NCBI GenBank assembly: GCA_963775895.1
Contig: CAVZKL010000027.1
Coordinates: 1 to 64,000, forward strand
Reading direction: 5' to 3'
DNA: 64,000 nucleotides
DNA from: Candidatus Bathyarchaeota archaeon
GTDB lineage: Archaea; Thermoproteota; Bathyarchaeia; Bathyarchaeales; Bathycorpusculaceae
Under the pieces are notes generated by a model. It was not told the DNA's origin, ran no database searches, and saw only the letters and a program-made list of their open reading frames with translations. This document shows, in pieces, positions 53,268 to 62,965 of this stretch. Position 1 is the stretch's first letter. Each line of letters starts with the position of its first letter. The position numbers and the translations under genes were made by a program.

Positions 53268-54349
53268 TACGCCGCGACCCGCTGTTCCCAACGCAATTGC
53301 GCGATCGGTTTCTTTCTTAGAATCAGCCGTCTGGCGTTTTTCCATTGTTCCTGTGCCACTAGAATGTTGGCGAGTACGCTTCCGTGCAATGAATAGAAAA
53401 TGTAGCACATGTAAGTGCAGCGCTTGCATTTGCTGTATTGCTCCTGCAGCGCCTTCAGTTCTGGTGTATCCCAGATTGATGGCAAATCAAACACGGTCGT
53501 GGTCGGGTCGTGCAGGTGGCATCCAGCGACTCTTCCTACGTGGTCGATCATGAAGAAGTTTTGGAAAGCTCGGCATTCCCAAGGTCTTTCTCCCGTCAAG
53601 TATAGATTCTTGATTGCCTTCAGCAATTTCGTGGTCATCATGATGTTGCTGGTTTTCTTCTTCATCTCTATGAGAGAATCGCACAGCTTGACCATTGCGT
53701 CTTTGTCAACGATCGTGAACTGGTCATCTTTTTTGCCTATCTTGAAAAGATTGCCTTCGTCGGGCGTTGTATCATAGGAGTAGAGGCTGTACCAGACGGG
53801 TATATCCTTGGCTGCAAAGTACTTGGTGAAGTCGAGAATTTCGTGGAGGTTGTACTGAGATATCGTCGGTGCGACTCCTACAGAGACGCCTTGGTTGTGC
53901 AGCTCTTCAACAGCCTGCATAGCCATGCGCCATGCCCCTTTGACGCCTCTGATGTAATCGTTCTTCTTGGGATCAAGACTGTCAATCGAGATTGCGACGA
54001 GATCCGCGTGGCGTAAAGCATCGATTTTCTTGAGAGCCATGCTTCCGTTGTCGTATACTGTTGTTATGAAAAACTGTGAAGCGTATTCTACTATTTCGTT
54101 AATGTCGTCTCTCAAAAGCGGGTTGCCACCCGATAGAACCAGGTCTACCACACCTATGTCTCGCAGAATACTGAGGCCCCTCTTCACCGCTTCTGTTGAC
54201 AGTTCGTTTCTGTCTTGTTGTCGCCACACGTTACAGCCCCTGCAACGGAAGTTGCATTTTCTGGTGAGCATCCACTGAGCGTGGTGGGGCTTGTTGGGGG
54301 TGAGTGAACGAATCGCTATGCTTCGGGCCTTTTTGAGAGACATTACCAA
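53264..54349 (-). CDS. Radical SAM protein with C-terminal SPASM/Twitch-like cysteines
   Basis: CNFRCRGC, SGGNPL, ISIDS, WEC...AGC...CKRC...C. Confidence 0.9.
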   Translation of the reverse strand: MVMSLKKARSIAIRSLTPNKPHHAQWMLTRKCNFRCRGCNVWRQQDRNELSTEAVKRGLSILRDIGVVDLVLSGGNPLLRDDINEIVEYASQFFITTVYDNGSMALKKIDALRHADLVAISIDSLDPKKNDYIRGVKGAWRMAMQAVEELHNQGVSVGVAPTISQYNLHEILDFTKYFAAKDIPVWYSLYSYDTTPDEGNLFKIGKKDDQFTIVDKDAMVKLCDSLIEMKKKTSNIMMTTKLLKAIKNLYLTGERPWECRAFQNFFMIDHVGRVAGCHLHDPTTTVFDLPSIWDTPELKALQEQYSKCKRCTYMCYIFYSLHGSVLANILVAQEQWKNARRLILRKKPIAQLRWEQRVAAY

Positions 54350-54576
54350 ATATTATTACGCCTTGTGAAGTGATTCCCTAATCGACAAACTGCCGCTCTT
54401 GCTAGGAGCGACATAGTGGGGAATCCTATATAAAGGTAAACTCTTCAGGACATAGAACTGGAAGTTTCCTGGTCTTGCTTGACGATGGAATCGGATGTGT
54501 TTCAGAAGACTCTTCCTGTGAGGCCGCGAAGGTTCATGGCGAAATGGTTTACTGTCAGCAATTAGGTGCATGATGG

Positions 54577-55317
54577 ATGAAAACAGACCGAGTGGATGTC
54601 GTTGTGCTCACGAAGAACAGCGAAAGGCTTCTCGAGTTATGCTTTGACTCGATATTTGCAAACGTTCCCGTGAACCGCCTGATCGTGGTAGATGGATGCT
54701 CAACTGATTCTACTCAGAGCATAGTGCAAACGTACATGGAGAAATATGGAAACGTGGTTCTGTTAGAGGACGATGGGACTCGCGGAAGTGCAAGGTTAAA
54801 GGGAATAAGAGAAGTTGAAACCGACTGGTTTGTTTTTGTCGACAGCGACGTAATCTTGTGCACCGACTGGTTTAGCAAGGCCAAGAGATACGTTGAGAAA
54901 GATGTGGGCGGAATCTGGGGAACGGAAGTCTGGACAGGCATTCGCAATCCCGAGGTGCTGAAACTCTTTTTGATGGTTACGCGGCGAATTTTCGAGTTGA
55001 GAGGCGGAACGCATGATCTGCTCGTACGTTCCGAGGCTGTCAGAGGAATAGATATCCCGTGGAATCTGCACGTTTTTGAGGACGCTTACATCAAGGACTG
55101 GATAGAGAAGAAAGGTTATCGGGTGGTTCCCACGTACATTCCGTTCTGTTTGCATCACAGGCCCGAGTCCGTCTGGACAGTTCGAGGAAGTCGAAACCTC
55201 ATAGTTGAAGCCTTGAGATACGGTTCACTACGAAAAATGCCCAGCTATTTCCTTGCCTATGGTTTCTACACCCTCTACGTCGGTTACAGAATGTTCGCAG
55301 AAAGGCGGAGAAAATGA
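54577..55317 (+). CDS. GT2 family glycosyltransferase
   Basis: VVDGCSTDST, FVDSD, FED. Confidence 0.85.
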   Translation: MKTDRVDVVVLTKNSERLLELCFDSIFANVPVNRLIVVDGCSTDSTQSIVQTYMEKYGNVVLLEDDGTRGSARLKGIREVETDWFVFVDSDVILCTDWFSKAKRYVEKDVGGIWGTEVWTGIRNPEVLKLFLMVTRRIFELRGGTHDLLVRSEAVRGIDIPWNLHVFEDAYIKDWIEKKGYRVVPTYIPFCLHHRPESVWTVRGSRNLIVEALRYGSLRKMPSYFLAYGFYTLYVGYRMFAERRRK

Positions 55318-55337
55318 TTACTGATGCGTAATGATAA

Positions 55338-56348
55338 TTAGGACTTTGCCAAGGCCATCCACAAATGGTCACAGATAGGCCGCGCAAGTTCCTTTTCAGT
55401 TCCGTCTCTAAATATTATAGTCCGCTTCTTGGTTGCGGGCAAGAATTCACCGACCACGGTTGCCAAGATACTTTTCTTTTCTAGGTTGTGCACAATGTTT
55501 CCTGCGCGATTCCTGCTTGCTGCAATCAACATGCTCCCTGAGGCAATCAAGTAGAACGGATCGATTTCGAAGCTCTTGCATATTTGAATGGTCTCATCTG
55601 CGATGGGAACTTTTTCTTCATAGATTTTGAAGCCAAGGTTTGACGCGTCTGCCATTTCGTGTATTCCTCCGGCTACTCCACCTTCTGTCGGGTCGTGCAT
55701 TGCATGGACGCCGCCAGTCTTGTACGCTGTTAAGGCTTCTTTTGTCACGCTGATCTGGGAAAAGAACTCTTGGGCCTTTTTGATGACAGATACGTTGATG
55801 GTTTTTGACAGTTTGTTTTCTCGGTCTGACGCCAGTATCGCGGTTCCTTCAATGCCAGCGGTCTTGGTCAGGATTATCCAATCGCCTGCTCTGGCTCCTG
55901 CTGCTGTCACGTAGTCGTTCTTCTCTGCTATGCCCATGGCACAACCTACGATTATGGGGTTTTTGAGTCCGGGAGTCGTTTCGCAGTGTCCTCCGATTAT
56001 TGCCATTCCAAGCTCTTTTGCTGCCTTGTCCATTTGTGTACTGATGATTTCGACGGTATTTTTGTCGACCTTTTCTGGAAGCAGGATGCATGAGAGAAAG
56101 AAGGCTGGTTCAACCCCGAATGTGGAGACATCGTTGGCGTTTACGTTTACTGCGAGCCAACCGATTCTTTCGAGGGCTCCTGTTATCGGATCTATTTTTG
56201 CGATTAGCGATTTGTTTCCTAGACTTATGACGGCGCAGTCAATTCCAGCGGCGGGTCCAAGTATCACATCTGCGCGTTTGGCGCCTAAGTTTTTGAACAC
56301 TATTTGTTTCAGGATGTCTACAGGGATTTTTCCAGGTGGCAATGGCAT
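55338..56348 (-). CDS. AIR synthase/HypE-like protein (PurM superfamily)
   Basis: DPIT, NANDV, GGHCE, GIEGT, MHDPTEGG. Confidence 0.88.
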   Translation of the reverse strand: MPLPPGKIPVDILKQIVFKNLGAKRADVILGPAAGIDCAVISLGNKSLIAKIDPITGALERIGWLAVNVNANDVSTFGVEPAFFLSCILLPEKVDKNTVEIISTQMDKAAKELGMAIIGGHCETTPGLKNPIIVGCAMGIAEKNDYVTAAGARAGDWIILTKTAGIEGTAILASDRENKLSKTINVSVIKKAQEFFSQISVTKEALTAYKTGGVHAMHDPTEGGVAGGIHEMADASNLGFKIYEEKVPIADETIQICKSFEIDPFYLIASGSMLIAASRNRAGNIVHNLEKKSILATVVGEFLPATKKRTIIFRDGTEKELARPICDHLWMALAKS

Positions 56349-56368
56349 CGCAAGGCCTCCTGCAAGCT

Positions 56369-57136
56369 CTAGACGTTCGTCCAGCTTTTAAGCTGTGGAA
56401 GGCTTCGCAGGACAATTCGTGCGACGGGCAGGGCGACCACCAGGCCGATTATCATTTGTCCAATGTTGATCGGAACCTCCACGATCGCCGCGCCTTTGCC
56501 CAGAATGAAGGTTTCGTAGAGGAAATACCCCAGAACCATTTCCAGGCCTCCAGCTATCATGGCGAGCATAGCTCTTCCAGATTCGGGGTCAGTTTTGAAT
56601 CCTAAGAAAACTATGAGCAAAGCTACGATTGCTCCCAAGATGAACCAGAACTCCACTGGAAGAGAGAATGTGAAGGTCGGGTTCAAAGGAGGAGGGATTC
56701 CGAGGAATAATTGAATTTCTCCGGTGTAGTAGATGGAGCCTGTGAGAATCAAGGCACCTCCAACGATAACTCCCAGAATAGCGGTTAGTACGCGCCAACT
56801 GGCTTTAGAAGTTCCTCGCAACCTATCGCTGACGAATCCCACGATGGCTCCTTCACACGCCTTTATCACGAGCGTTCCTGGGAAGAAGGGAAAAGCGACA
56901 AGCATGTCGGCAAGGGCCGCACCAACACCGCCCGCGAAACCGCCGACGTATGGTCCGAAAACAATTGCGGCGACGTAGATTACGGTCTCTCCGATGTTGA
57001 AATACCCTGATGTGGCCGGAACTGCGACAGTGAAAACCAGCGTTGCCACAAATGTAAGGGCGGCGAACACTGCGCACAGGGCCAGTGTGAAAACAACTCT
57101 CGCGGAGTGTGTGACGGCGTACATCTCGCAGACCAC
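56369..57136 (-). CDS. ECF transporter S component
   Basis: PATSGYFNIGE, GVGAALAD, TLVIK, NIGQ; multi-TM. Confidence 0.88.
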   Translation of the reverse strand: MVCEMYAVTHSARVVFTLALCAVFAALTFVATLVFTVAVPATSGYFNIGETVIYVAAIVFGPYVGGFAGGVGAALADMLVAFPFFPGTLVIKACEGAIVGFVSDRLRGTSKASWRVLTAILGVIVGGALILTGSIYYTGEIQLFLGIPPPLNPTFTFSLPVEFWFILGAIVALLIVFLGFKTDPESGRAMLAMIAGGLEMVLGYFLYETFILGKGAAIVEVPINIGQMIIGLVVALPVARIVLRSLPQLKSWTNV

Positions 57137-57272
57137 TTGAATATTACATCAAGGTACTCGTCTTTAGTCTTTCGCAATAGGTGGAAGAATTTTGGCGTTT
57201 TTGTTCGTTTTGTGGGCAAAGAATGAGAAAACCTAAATGCAAGTCTCACGATGATACGTAGCAAATTGCGGG

Positions 57273-57659
57273 TTGAAAATCATGAGCCAAGAGAAAGAAG
57301 ATCCGGTCAGACTGCACAAACAGGCTAACGCTCTTTTCGATGCGGGGAAATTTAAGGAAGCAGAAGAGATCTTTGCGAAGACCGCCGAACTTTACTACAA
57401 GGTGCAAGACTACTTCGATTCAACTTCGATGCACTACAAGGCTGGCGAGTCTGCCTTTGCGCTTAAGAACTACGAAAAAGCGGTTGAACATTTCTCGAAA
57501 TCAGCTGAAATTGCCTTCCAGAAAGGGTTCGATAGGTTCGGAGTTAGCGCTCTTGAGTACGAGAGAGACTGCTACAAAGCCTTGACCAAGAGTGCAAAGG
57601 TCAAAGAACTGGACAAGAAGATTCAAGAAATCAAGAAGAAACTGGAAGAGACGTTCTAA
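57273..57659 (+). CDS. TPR/SNAP-like helical repeat protein
   Basis: ANALFDAGKFKEAEEIF and AGESAFALKNYEKAVEHF repeats. Confidence 0.75.
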   Translation: MKIMSQEKEDPVRLHKQANALFDAGKFKEAEEIFAKTAELYYKVQDYFDSTSMHYKAGESAFALKNYEKAVEHFSKSAEIAFQKGFDRFGVSALEYERDCYKALTKSAKVKELDKKIQEIKKKLEETF

Positions 57660-57770
57660 ATCTTTCTGCTTTGTTCCGCTATTCTTTTTGGTTTTCTGGT
57701 CCAAGGCAATGCTTATCTTTTCATTATTGGTAGAGGACACCGTGAAACTGTCTTAAGGGTTTCAGCGGTT

Positions 57771-59462
57771 ATGTCGACACCATTTAAGTCTCTGGCAGAA
57801 CTGGGAGAAAAACTGGAGGCAACGACAAAACGGTTGCTCATGATAGATTTTGCTGCTGCTTTCTTGAAGTCAGTGGAGTCAAAAGAGATCGAACCCGCCG
57901 TGAACATGCTTCTCGGCAGACCTTTCCCGAAGTGGGACCAGCGAACCCTTGACGTAAGCTGGACAATTCTGAGCGATATCATCAGGCGCATAACTGGCGT
58001 GGATTGGAAAGTCTTCGGAGAAGCTTTCGGCAAAACGGGCGATATAGGCGCAGCAACGATGATAGTGTTCGAAAACAGCATGGTCAAACGACAGGCTTCA
58101 CTTTTTGAAAAAGTCTTGACGATATCAGAGGTCAGACATAACTTTGAAGCAATCGCAGAGACAGCGGGTGCTGGTTCGCGAGAAAAGAAGGAACGCCTCA
58201 TAGAAGCTTTGCTGAGCAGGGCCTCTCCCCTCGAAGCAAAATATTTGGTTAAGATTTTCACAGGGGAGATGCGAACTGGTTTTCATGAGGGTCTGATGGA
58301 GCAGGCGGTCTCTGAGGCTTTTCAAATCCCTCTTCATGAAGTGCAGGAAGCCAGCATGATCCTCGGAGACGTTGGAACGGTGGCGTCGACAGCGAAGACC
58401 TATGGCCAGAATGGTCTCAGCAGGGTTGAGTTCAAGATTTTTCGTCCCGTCAGTCTCATGCTCGCGCAGGTGGCAGAGGATGTCAAGACCGCATTGAAAG
58501 AGCACGGCGGTAGAACGGCTTTTGAATTCAAGTATGATGGGGCAAGGATTCAGATTCACAAATCAGAGGACGGCGTCAGAATTTTCAGTCGAAGACTGAC
58601 AGATGTTACGGACAGTCTGCCAGAAATCGTCGACTTGGCCAAAGAATTGTCCGCTGAAGAAGTGATCTTGGAGGGAGAAGTGGTCGCAGTTGACGATAAG
58701 GGCTACCCTATTCCATTTCAGCATCTTATGCGTAGATTCAGAAGAGTCCATGGAATAGCGGACGCTGCTGAAAAGATTCCTTTGAGACTATTTTTGTTCG
58801 ACATACTGTATTTGGATGGAAAGAGTCTCATCGCGTGTCCCTACGTGCAGCGCAGGGAAACGTTGGCTTCCGCTGCAGGAAAGCTTCCTTTGACCTCTCA
58901 ACTGGTGACCGGCAATGTGGAAGAGGCTGAACACTTTCTCGAACAGGCCATGGACGCTGGGCATGAGGGTTTGATGGCTAAGAAACTCGATGGCCCATAC
59001 ACGCCTGGTGTACGCGGGAAGCGTTGGCTCAAAGTCAAACCCGTTCTAGACCTTCTGGATCTCGTGATAGTCGCTGCTGAATGGGGTTACGGGCGAAGGC
59101 ACGATTGGCTTTCGGACTACTACTTGGCGGCGAGGGATACTGAGAAAGGCGGCTTTCAACCTGTCGGGAAGACGTTCAAGGGATTAACTGACGCTGAAAT
59201 AATAGAGATGACCAGGCGACTCAAAGAATTGACTGTGGAAACCGAGCCCAGAAGGGTGGTTGTCTTGCCCAAAATAGTCGTTGAAGTAGCGTACAACGAG
59301 GTTCAGAAGAGTCCAAAGTATGAGTGTCAAATGGCGTTGCGATTCGCGCGAATAACCAGAATTCGAGACGACAAGACGCCTGAAGAAGCGGACACGATCC
59401 AACGGGTCAGAGAGATCTATGAGAGACAGTTTCAGAAAAAAGGCAGATATACGACTGAGTGA
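57771..59462 (+). CDS. lig: ATP-dependent DNA ligase
   Basis: EFKYDGARIQIH, LEGE, FDILY, EGLMAK, WLKVK, LRFAR..RIRDDK. Confidence 0.96.
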   Translation: MSTPFKSLAELGEKLEATTKRLLMIDFAAAFLKSVESKEIEPAVNMLLGRPFPKWDQRTLDVSWTILSDIIRRITGVDWKVFGEAFGKTGDIGAATMIVFENSMVKRQASLFEKVLTISEVRHNFEAIAETAGAGSREKKERLIEALLSRASPLEAKYLVKIFTGEMRTGFHEGLMEQAVSEAFQIPLHEVQEASMILGDVGTVASTAKTYGQNGLSRVEFKIFRPVSLMLAQVAEDVKTALKEHGGRTAFEFKYDGARIQIHKSEDGVRIFSRRLTDVTDSLPEIVDLAKELSAEEVILEGEVVAVDDKGYPIPFQHLMRRFRRVHGIADAAEKIPLRLFLFDILYLDGKSLIACPYVQRRETLASAAGKLPLTSQLVTGNVEEAEHFLEQAMDAGHEGLMAKKLDGPYTPGVRGKRWLKVKPVLDLLDLVIVAAEWGYGRRHDWLSDYYLAARDTEKGGFQPVGKTFKGLTDAEIIEMTRRLKELTVETEPRRVVVLPKIVVEVAYNEVQKSPKYECQMALRFARITRIRDDKTPEEADTIQRVREIYERQFQKKGRYTTE

Positions 59463-60531
59463 CAGCAGAATAGTTGTTCAGAGGGTCAGTGTGTCGAGAA
59501 AAAGTGCGCTTCCATCGTTTGCCGAGTACTATAACCGTCAGATTAGGTTGAACGAGTTCGGGGTCAAGGGACAGAGGAAGCTTTCCAAGTCAAGGGTCGC
59601 GATTGTAGGACTCGGCGGGTTGGGGACGGTTTCATCCTTGTATCTTGCCGTTGCAGGGATTGGGCATTTGCGTTTGATCGATCAGGATACGGTTGAGGTG
59701 GCAAACTTGCATCGGCAGATTCTGTACACTCCGGAGGACGTGGGCTATCCGAAGGTTGAAGCATCGGCGAAGAGATTGGCTAAGACGAATCCGTTGGTTG
59801 AGGTTGAACCAGTTCCTGAAAACGTGAACGCGAACAACGTTGAGAAGCTGCTTTCAGGAGTGGACTGCGTTGTTGATGGTCTGGATAATTTGCGTACACG
59901 GTATTTGGTCAATCGGGCTTGTGTGAAGTTGACTGTTCCGTACGTTTTTGGAGCGGCTATAGGGCTTGAGGGTAACCTTTCAGTTTTTCAACCGCCCGAG
60001 ACGCCTTGTTTGGAGTGTGTGTTGTCAGGGGTCGATGACAATTATCTTCAGACGTGTGACGTGAGAGGGGTTCTCGGCGCCACGGCTGGAATTATCGGAA
60101 CGATGCAGGCTATGGAAACAATTAAGGTCTTAGCCGGGATTGGCTCGACTTTGAAGGGTCGACTGATGATCTGCGACTTCAGCGATATGTACTTTTCAAC
60201 GATCGAGATTTACAGACGAGAAGGGTGCTCGGCATGTCAGCCTGGGGTTGCTGCCCCAGCAACGAGGGAGAAGTTGGTTTGGCTGTGCGGACGGGATACG
60301 GCTAACATAAACCCTGACTTACCGTTGAAAATGAGCTTGGACGATGCTTACCAACTGATCGAGAAGGACTTTAAGGTGCGTATCAAGTCCAAGCTTGCCG
60401 TGATATTCGACTACAACGGTTTTGAGGTGACGTTGTTCAACGGGGGACGGATGTTGATCAAGAACGTGAAGACTGAGAAAGCCGCTTTGAACGTTTACAG
60501 GCAGATCAGAAGAAAGCTCGGCGATGGCTGA
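59419..60531 (+). CDS. ThiF/MoeB/E1-like adenylyltransferase with C-terminal extension; start uncertain
   Basis: YNRQ, VGLGGLG, NLHRQ, DGLDN, CLEC, CSAC. Confidence 0.92.
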   Translation: MRDSFRKKADIRLSDSRIVVQRVSVSRKSALPSFAEYYNRQIRLNEFGVKGQRKLSKSRVAIVGLGGLGTVSSLYLAVAGIGHLRLIDQDTVEVANLHRQILYTPEDVGYPKVEASAKRLAKTNPLVEVEPVPENVNANNVEKLLSGVDCVVDGLDNLRTRYLVNRACVKLTVPYVFGAAIGLEGNLSVFQPPETPCLECVLSGVDDNYLQTCDVRGVLGATAGIIGTMQAMETIKVLAGIGSTLKGRLMICDFSDMYFSTIEIYRREGCSACQPGVAAPATREKLVWLCGRDTANINPDLPLKMSLDDAYQLIEKDFKVRIKSKLAVIFDYNGFEVTLFNGGRMLIKNVKTEKAALNVYRQIRRKLGDG

Positions 60532-60567
60532 TAAGCTATTTATCTGAGTGTTTTCGATATCTTCCTT

Positions 60568-60640
60568 GCCGGGGTGGCCGAACGGTTCAGGCGGTTGCCT
60601 GCAGAGCAGCTATATATGGGTTCAACTCCCATCCCCGGCT
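60568..60640 (+). tRNA. trnC: tRNA-Cys(GCA), intronless, CCA not encoded
   Basis: Acceptor GCCGGGG/CCCCGGC, anticodon arm GTTGC-CTGCAGA-GCAGC, T arm ATGGG-TTCAACT-CCCAT, U discriminator, TATTTAT upstream. Confidence 0.93.
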
Positions 60641-60799
60641 TTTCAGCATAAACCCATAGATTCAATCATGTTTAATGGATGGCTTGACGTGCGCGCGCCT
60701 CATTCCTCATCCTACCGTTGCTCTTCATAATGATACTGTAGGCAGTCGTTGTCCGCGAGCATAGTGCCCGCTATTGGGAGATTTCGGTGCATTATGGGC

Positions 60800-60849
60800 C
60801 CTCCCCTCCTCGGTTTCAATGTATCGTGAATATTAGGATCCAAATATGC
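60800..60849 (-). repeat. ~50-bp dispersed repeat, copy 2 (inverted relative to 39483-39533)
   Basis: One substitution and one G-run indel versus copy 1. Confidence 0.9.
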
Positions 60850-60901
60850 ACGCATGCGATTGGAGGAATTCACTCAAGCCATTGGGTTTTCAGCCTTTCT
60901 C

Positions 60902-60922
60902 TGACACTCATTTTGAGTGTCA
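60902..60922. other. Perfect 9-3-9 palindrome between convergent genes (operator or terminator-like)
   Basis: TGACACTCA-TTT-TGAGTGTCA. Confidence 0.55.
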
Positions 60923-60977
60923 CTAGCGCGCGTTACCGTGCTGTTCTTTCATACAGTGGGCTTTTCCAAATGCGCGC

Positions 60978-61535
60978 TCACAGCTTGACGCTCACTTCAA
61001 GTCCGTCCTCACCCATCGGAACATATTTGCTACTGTACTTACCTGAAGACCTTATGTAACTGAGAAAGTCTTTCATCTCATCAGCGAAGATCCCTGCGTT
61101 GTCCGCGACAATGTTGCTTCCTTTGTGCAGTTTGTTCTCAACAAGCCGCAAATAGTCCAGATATTCACTTTTTTCAGCATCCAGAAAAACCAAGTCAAAC
61201 TTGCCCCTCAGAGTTGGAATGACCTCGATTGCATCTCCCACGACTACCTCTACGGTTGCCGCCACTTCAGCCTTTTTTATGTTTTTTCTCGCTTCTTCTG
61301 CTTCCTGTGGATGAATTTCAATGGTTATCAGATGGGCGTCGCTCTCGAGCTCCTTCGCCATCAGAATGGCCGAATAACCGATGAAAGTTCCAACTTCCAA
61401 AACTCGCTTTGGTCTGATTTTTCGAATGACTTCCACTAGGACTTGACCTTTTTGAGGTCCGACGATGGGTAGAAACTTTCTTTTAGTCATTGCTTCAATT
61501 TCCATCAATACACTGTCGGCCTTACTCAAAATCAT
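60978..61535 (-). CDS. O-methyltransferase (caffeoyl-CoA/COMT-like)
   Basis: VLEVGTFIGYS, GDA, FDLVFLDAEK, VADN. Confidence 0.92.
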   Translation of the reverse strand: MILSKADSVLMEIEAMTKRKFLPIVGPQKGQVLVEVIRKIRPKRVLEVGTFIGYSAILMAKELESDAHLITIEIHPQEAEEARKNIKKAEVAATVEVVVGDAIEVIPTLRGKFDLVFLDAEKSEYLDYLRLVENKLHKGSNIVADNAGIFADEMKDFLSYIRSSGKYSSKYVPMGEDGLEVSVKL

Positions 61536-61903
61536 CCAACCCTAAACAAACTGTTCTTCCCCTTTAATCAAGTCATCCTTGGCCACGGTTGTTTTTGATG
61601 GAAGGAAGTAATCAGGAGCCAATCTTGGCTTCTTTCACCACTGGACGAGCTATTGCGCGCGCGTGGATGACTTCCGATCACTGCATACTGGGGCATGATC
61701 ATTTCACCTAATACATGATGTCGTCAGAGCACCTTTTGAGTATGAGTGACTGCCACCCGACAGCAACAGCGAAGAAGACGTACCGTTGACCATGTTAACA
61801 CTTGCCGTTCTGGCGAACAGATTTGCGCAGTTGCAAATCACGATATCTCTCTTAACTCGAGACCACAGATTAATGACCAGTCGAAAAGTGAGAAAAAGGC
61901 CGA

Positions 61904-62422
61904 TTAGACTCCACGTCTTCTCCTGAAGGCTAACGCGACGGTCATCGTACACGCGGCCAGAATTGAAAGCATGATCAGTGGCTGGAATTCTGGGACTGCA
62001 GGGGTCACGATAAAAGTGCCGTACATCGGACTTGGATGGAACACGCAATAATAAGTAAAAGTGCCTGAAACATTCGCTGTAAAAGTTAGAACGACGGTTT
62101 GTCCGGGACCGATATCGGAAGAGACGACATCACCCGAATGTTGAGTCGAACTGTTTTCATAGCTAAGCAGGAATCGATGGGAAGCAGCGTAGTATCCCGT
62201 GTCCACGTTTATGAGCGTCAAATTCACAACATCGTTCAAGTCAACGACAATGACAGGTCCTGGACTGGTAATGTTGCTAGCCGAAAAGCCCCATCCAGAA
62301 ACATAGGAACCGTACAAAGTGAAGTTGCGGACAGTTGCTGCTTGTGCCTTCAAAACTTGCCCAGCCCCACACATAACGGCGCAGAGAATCAGTATCCTTG
62401 CGATAATCCGTTTCACATTCAT
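61904..62422 (-). CDS. Secreted cupredoxin-fold protein with PEF-CTERM sorting signal
   Basis: Signal peptide, PGPVIVV, HRF, YYCVFHPSPMYG, then VPEF, a TM helix and RRRR. Confidence 0.8.
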   Translation of the reverse strand: MNVKRIIARILILCAVMCGAGQVLKAQAATVRNFTLYGSYVSGWGFSASNITSPGPVIVVDLNDVVNLTLINVDTGYYAASHRFLLSYENSSTQHSGDVVSSDIGPGQTVVLTFTANVSGTFTYYCVFHPSPMYGTFIVTPAVPEFQPLIMLSILAACTMTVALAFRRRRGV

Positions 62423-62614
62423 TTCTTGATCCCTTCTTTTTCCATACCTGCTTGGATTATTGTGCGAGTGGATTGTTTTCCCAAACTTCTCCAAAAAAGT
62501 AAAGCCGAGAGCCTGTTTATAGCTTTTGCTCATACGTTTTTTCGCGGTGCAGACCTCAGCTGAAAGAGATTTAATCCACAAATTACCTCCTACAGGTGAA
62601 GAAGCTCCTCACCG

Positions 62615-62851
62615 GTGAAGAGTGTGAAGATAAGTAAGAAGTACTCAACCCTGCTACTCGCCACGTTCATGACGCTTGCCATGGATTTCGCGATGACGCT
62701 AACCATGACCATTGCAATGACAGGAATCGATCCTGGTTTTCTCATTAGATTCTTTGGCGGTTACATGATCGGGCTCATAGTAGGCATCCCAACAAGTGTA
62801 CTGGTGATTCCTTACGCTCGAAAACTCGTGGAAGTACTCACCGTAGACTAG
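62615..62851 (+). CDS. Small two-TM protein (DUF2798-like)
   Basis: Met-rich first TM, GFLIRFF, second TM followed by PYARKLV. Confidence 0.65.
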   Translation: MKSVKISKKYSTLLLATFMTLAMDFAMTLTMTIAMTGIDPGFLIRFFGGYMIGLIVGIPTSVLVIPYARKLVEVLTVD

Positions 62852-62965
62852 TTCCTGAATGTGCACGCGCGCCAGGTTTAAGCCGAAATTCAGTTTTCCT
62901 GTCATCTGCGGTGTCCCTGACTAAATCTTTAAGTCACTTCGAACAAATATTAAAATGAGCGCAAA

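Noticed and set aside
60568-60640. tRNA-Cys as an integration site with a duplicated 3' end
   Set aside because: I found no second copy of the tRNA 3' half and no integrase in the window; one could lie outside it.
61680-61745. Possible C/D box sRNA in the 61.5-61.9 kb spacer
   Set aside because: An ATGATG box is present, but I could not identify a properly spaced CTGA D box or terminal stem.
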